From Eledone cirrhosa (taxonomy: Eukaryota): a DNA stretch of 64,000 nucleotides. The notes beneath the pieces are model-generated. The model was not told the DNA's origin and did not search any database. It saw only the letters and a list, made by a program, of their open reading frames with translations. This document shows, in pieces, positions 61,135 to 64,000 of this stretch. The translations under genes and the position numbers were made by a program. Location: the NCBI GenBank assembly GCA_964016885.1, contig OZ024740.1, forward strand, positions 44,144,001 through 44,208,000, given 5' to 3'. Position 1 is the first letter of the stretch, and each line of letters starts with the position of its first letter.

Positions 61135-62227
61135 AAATAAATAACAACAGCAACAGCAACACTAACTGTAAAACAAACTAATAAATACCCAGCGATTTGT
61201 TTTATCGGAATTATTCGACTATTAAATATTTAAATGTTTAAATAGTTAACCATGCGTTGCGGCAGCTTTCATAATCTAACATACTTTCCGGATTTCTCTT
61301 TCAACCATTTTTTAAAGTGCCATGGCTATCTAGGAAACTCATAATAGCAATATTATTAAACGCCCGAAGAGATGCAACTGTAAAATTAATAATTATAGTT
61401 CCACTAGAAATAAATCAACAAATAAACATGAACATAACTTGAAAAATAATATTTAATATATAACACTGAAAGGGCCGGAACAACAAAACTCAGAAATTAA
61501 TTAATGATTTTTTAAATGAACCTCAAAGCAAAAACTTGACATAAAATTATTAGAAATAAATAAACAGTAAAAGTTAATTTATAAAGAAATAATTTTCAGT
61601 AAAAATGTTAATATTTATTATAGTTGTGTGTTTTATATATGTGTGTCTTTTGTCAACATATTGTGGACGATGCATCGTCCAACGTTTAGGAGATTCACGT
61701 CGCAATCATTGAGTCCAGGGTTCAATCCTACTGCGTGGCATCTTGGGCATATTATGTATTTTAGGATAGCATCGGTCCGACCCATGCATAATGAGGGAAA
61801 TTAAATAAACTGAATCTATTTGGAAGCCCATCAGATGGATTGTACCGTAAATCAAATAGCCAATCGTATCACACACTGTGTCATACAAAATCTCCTTCAG
61901 AATTAATTCAAAAGTACACGTGTCAGTGAATTGCCCCGCTATCTACACCTGAATTTCAAACGCGGGCTCTTCCGGTGATCGAAAAACTAGACTCTGTATC
62001 AAAATCGATGATTGTCATCGATCGATCAATATCAATATCGTAATCGTAATATTTGTTTTGAACTTTATTTGTCATATATATATATGTCCAAAGTTTGATA
62101 AAATCTCAGTTTCCTAAAATCCCTTTTAAAGAAAAAGAAATTGTTTACTTAAACTTTTAATATGATCAAATAATAAATATTTGTCCTATGGGCATATAAA
62201 TTGTTGCACTATATATATATATAAATA

Positions 62228-62267
<40 letters not shown>

Positions 62268-62302
62268 CCCGAGTGAAATCGGGAGTAACCACAGTAAATA
62301 AT

Positions 62303-62487
62303 TGTTTCTACTTTAGGCACAAGGCCAGCAATTACCCAGTACATTACTGGTACTTTATTTTATCGACCCCGTAAGGATGAAAGGCAAAGTCAACCTCGGC
62401 GGGATTTGAACTCAGATCGTAAAGGGACGTAACTATGCTGGAAAGCATGGCGTCCGACCCTCTACCGATACTGCCAATCCACCGCCT
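62303..62487 (-). mobile_element. Full-length SINE family A with an 18-bp TSD
   Basis: GTAACCACAGTAAATAAT at 62285-62302 and 62488-62505; head GGCGGTGGATTGGCAG. Confidence 0.92.
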
Positions 62488-62695
62488 GTAACCACAGTAA
62501 ATAATGTACCCAATAAACCAATACTGAATACTCAATGCCCAATACTCAATACTCTCAAAAGAGAGAACAATAACATTGAATATATAAACATGCAGGAGTA
62601 GAACGGTTTTATAGTATGAAACCATCAGGAATGCGCATACCAATGAAACTTTTTTAGTTCTTTAGAAGCAATTTCTATATCAAATTTCATTTAAC

Positions 62696-62732
<37 letters not shown>

Positions 62733-62890
62733 GATTGGTGCTCTGAAATAGCGATGTATACATGAATGTATGTATAGTATATTTGGCAATATACCGTATG
62801 TTTAATGAAAAACATTTAGAAGACCATACGCTATCAGTTTTAAAGTAGTGACTATGTCACTTAGTTCTTTTCGGCGAAAGAAGGGAGAGC

Positions 62891-62932
62891 AGCTGGCAGT
62901 CTGTTTCACGCTGGTTGGCGTTCATCAAAGCC
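62891..62932 (-). ncRNA. Inverted, core-mutated hammerhead copy
   Basis: Minus strand: ggct-TTGATGA-acgc(caacca)gcgt-GAAA-cagactg-CC-agct; stems intact but C3 and U16.1 mutated. Confidence 0.6.
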
Positions 62933-63198
62933 ACGTAATCCCCTGCCTTCGCCGAAAATTATGCAAGCTGGAATCTTATAGAATTCCAGTAATAATCAGG
63001 AGCTTTTAATTAAACATACGCTATATTGCCAAATATACTATACATACATTCATGTATACATCGCTATTTCAGAGCACCAATCCTAATACCTAATTTTTGC
63101 TGGACCGGCAATCGCTCTGTATAATCAGCTCCTGATTATTACTGGAATTCTATAAGAATCCAGCTTCTATAATTTCCGTCGAAGGCAGTGGAGTACGT

Positions 63199-63240
63199 GA
63201 CTCTGATGAACGCCAAACAACGTGAAACAGGCTGTCAGCT
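63199..63240 (+). ncRNA. Minimal type-I hammerhead ribozyme
   Basis: gact-CTGATGA-acg(ccaaacaa)cgt-GAAA-caggctg-TC-agct; GUC triplet; the consensus with the inverted copy gives fully paired stems. Confidence 0.8.
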
Positions 63241-63454
63241 TCTCTCCCTTCTTTCGGCGAAAAGAAGTAAGTGACATAGTCACTACTTTTAAACCGATAG
63301 CGTATGGTATTCTAAATGTGTTTAATTAAACATACGGTATATTGCCAAATATACTATACATATATTCATATATATATATATATATACGTAGGTCCCGGGT
63401 TGAGTCGGGGATAACCACAGTAAGTAAGGTACTCAATACATGGCAGAGTAAAAT

Positions 63455-63615
63455 ATATTTATTGTATAGAAGGAGCTTCTACAGGAAGCTGGGTGTCATA
63501 TTAAGTTCTGGTATTTATACATTGTATAAATACCAGAACTTAATATGACACCCAGCTTCCTGAAGATTTCATCTGAAAGAAACAGTACTAGTCCTGTAGA
63601 AGCTCCTTCTATACA

Positions 63616-63625
<10 letters not shown>
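63455..63625. repeat. Nested inverted repeats: perfect 40-bp-arm palindrome inside an outer IR, overlapping a hammerhead-like core
   Basis: 63482-63521 / 63523-63562 exact; outer TTTATTGTATAGAAGGAGCTTCTACAGGA / TCCTGTAGAAGCTCCTTCTATACAATAAA; CTGAAGA-tttc(atct)gaaa-GAAA-cagtactag-TC at 63560-63593. Confidence 0.88.
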
Positions 63626-63664
<39 letters not shown>

Positions 63665-63709
63665 TGTATGTATATATATATATATATATTTATTTATTTA
63701 TTTATATAT

Positions 63710-63745
<36 letters not shown>

Positions 63746-63914
63746 ACGTAAAATAATTAATGATTCTTTAGAATCGGCCATATGATCAGTGGCAGTGAGA
63801 ATTTTCAGTGGCTGGAATCCAGTCCTCGATAGCTGTTCCAGTTGCCGAATTATTATTATTTTTATATGAGTCCCCAGTGTCCACGCATCGCCTGGAGACT
63901 CGGCTGAGAATGAC

Positions 63915-63994
63915 CTCCCTGATGACGCAATGAAATTCTCAGCAGTTCATTACGTAACTGTCTTTATCCCATTGCAGAAACTAATTAGTTGGAG
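63915..63994 (+). ncRNA. Type-I hammerhead ribozyme with a large stem-II loop
   Basis: ctcc-CTGATGA-cgcaatg...cattgca-GAAA-ctaattag-TT-ggag; perfect stem I, palindromic ACTAATTAGT stem III, GUU triplet; first stem-II pair is C-A. Confidence 0.78.
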
Positions 63995-64000
63995 TGAAAA

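Larger units (their letters stand above)
62727..63370. mobile_element. Penelope pLTR-derived inverted-duplication structure in (TA)n with two oppositely oriented hammerheads
   Basis: 62727-62807 inverted at ~63006-63088; ~62760-63004 inverted at 63128-63370. Confidence 0.85.

Overview
AT-rich eukaryotic DNA that is almost entirely transposable elements and microsatellites. The SINE families and repeat content resemble octopus or another cephalopod, which is an inference only. I found no convincing host gene, rRNA, true tRNA or CRISPR array. Main contents: (1) a near-intact, young-looking L1/Tx1-clade retrotransposon (26359-32377) with an open 1139-aa ORF2 and an ORF1 broken by one extra C in a poly-C run, sitting inside an (ATT)n tract; (2) a full-length but decayed Helitron (44415-50275) fused CTAG|TC head-to-tail to a non-autonomous derivative (50276-51728), plus three or four other Helitron pieces; (3) stacks of R4/Dong-type restriction-endonuclease LINEs in (TACA)n and (TAA)n tracts; (4) RTE, CR1 and CRE LINE fragments, RTE-derived bipartite non-autonomous elements and two tRNA-derived SINE families; (5) a dispersed set of Penelope-like (PLE) pseudo-LTR remnants, mostly next to (TA)n tracts. 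These carry about seven recognisable minimal type-I hammerhead ribozymes with palindromic stem III and highly variable stem II, several degenerate ones, and long fold-back palindromes, one centred exactly on a hammerhead stem-II loop. All calls and folds were made by eye and need computational confirmation.
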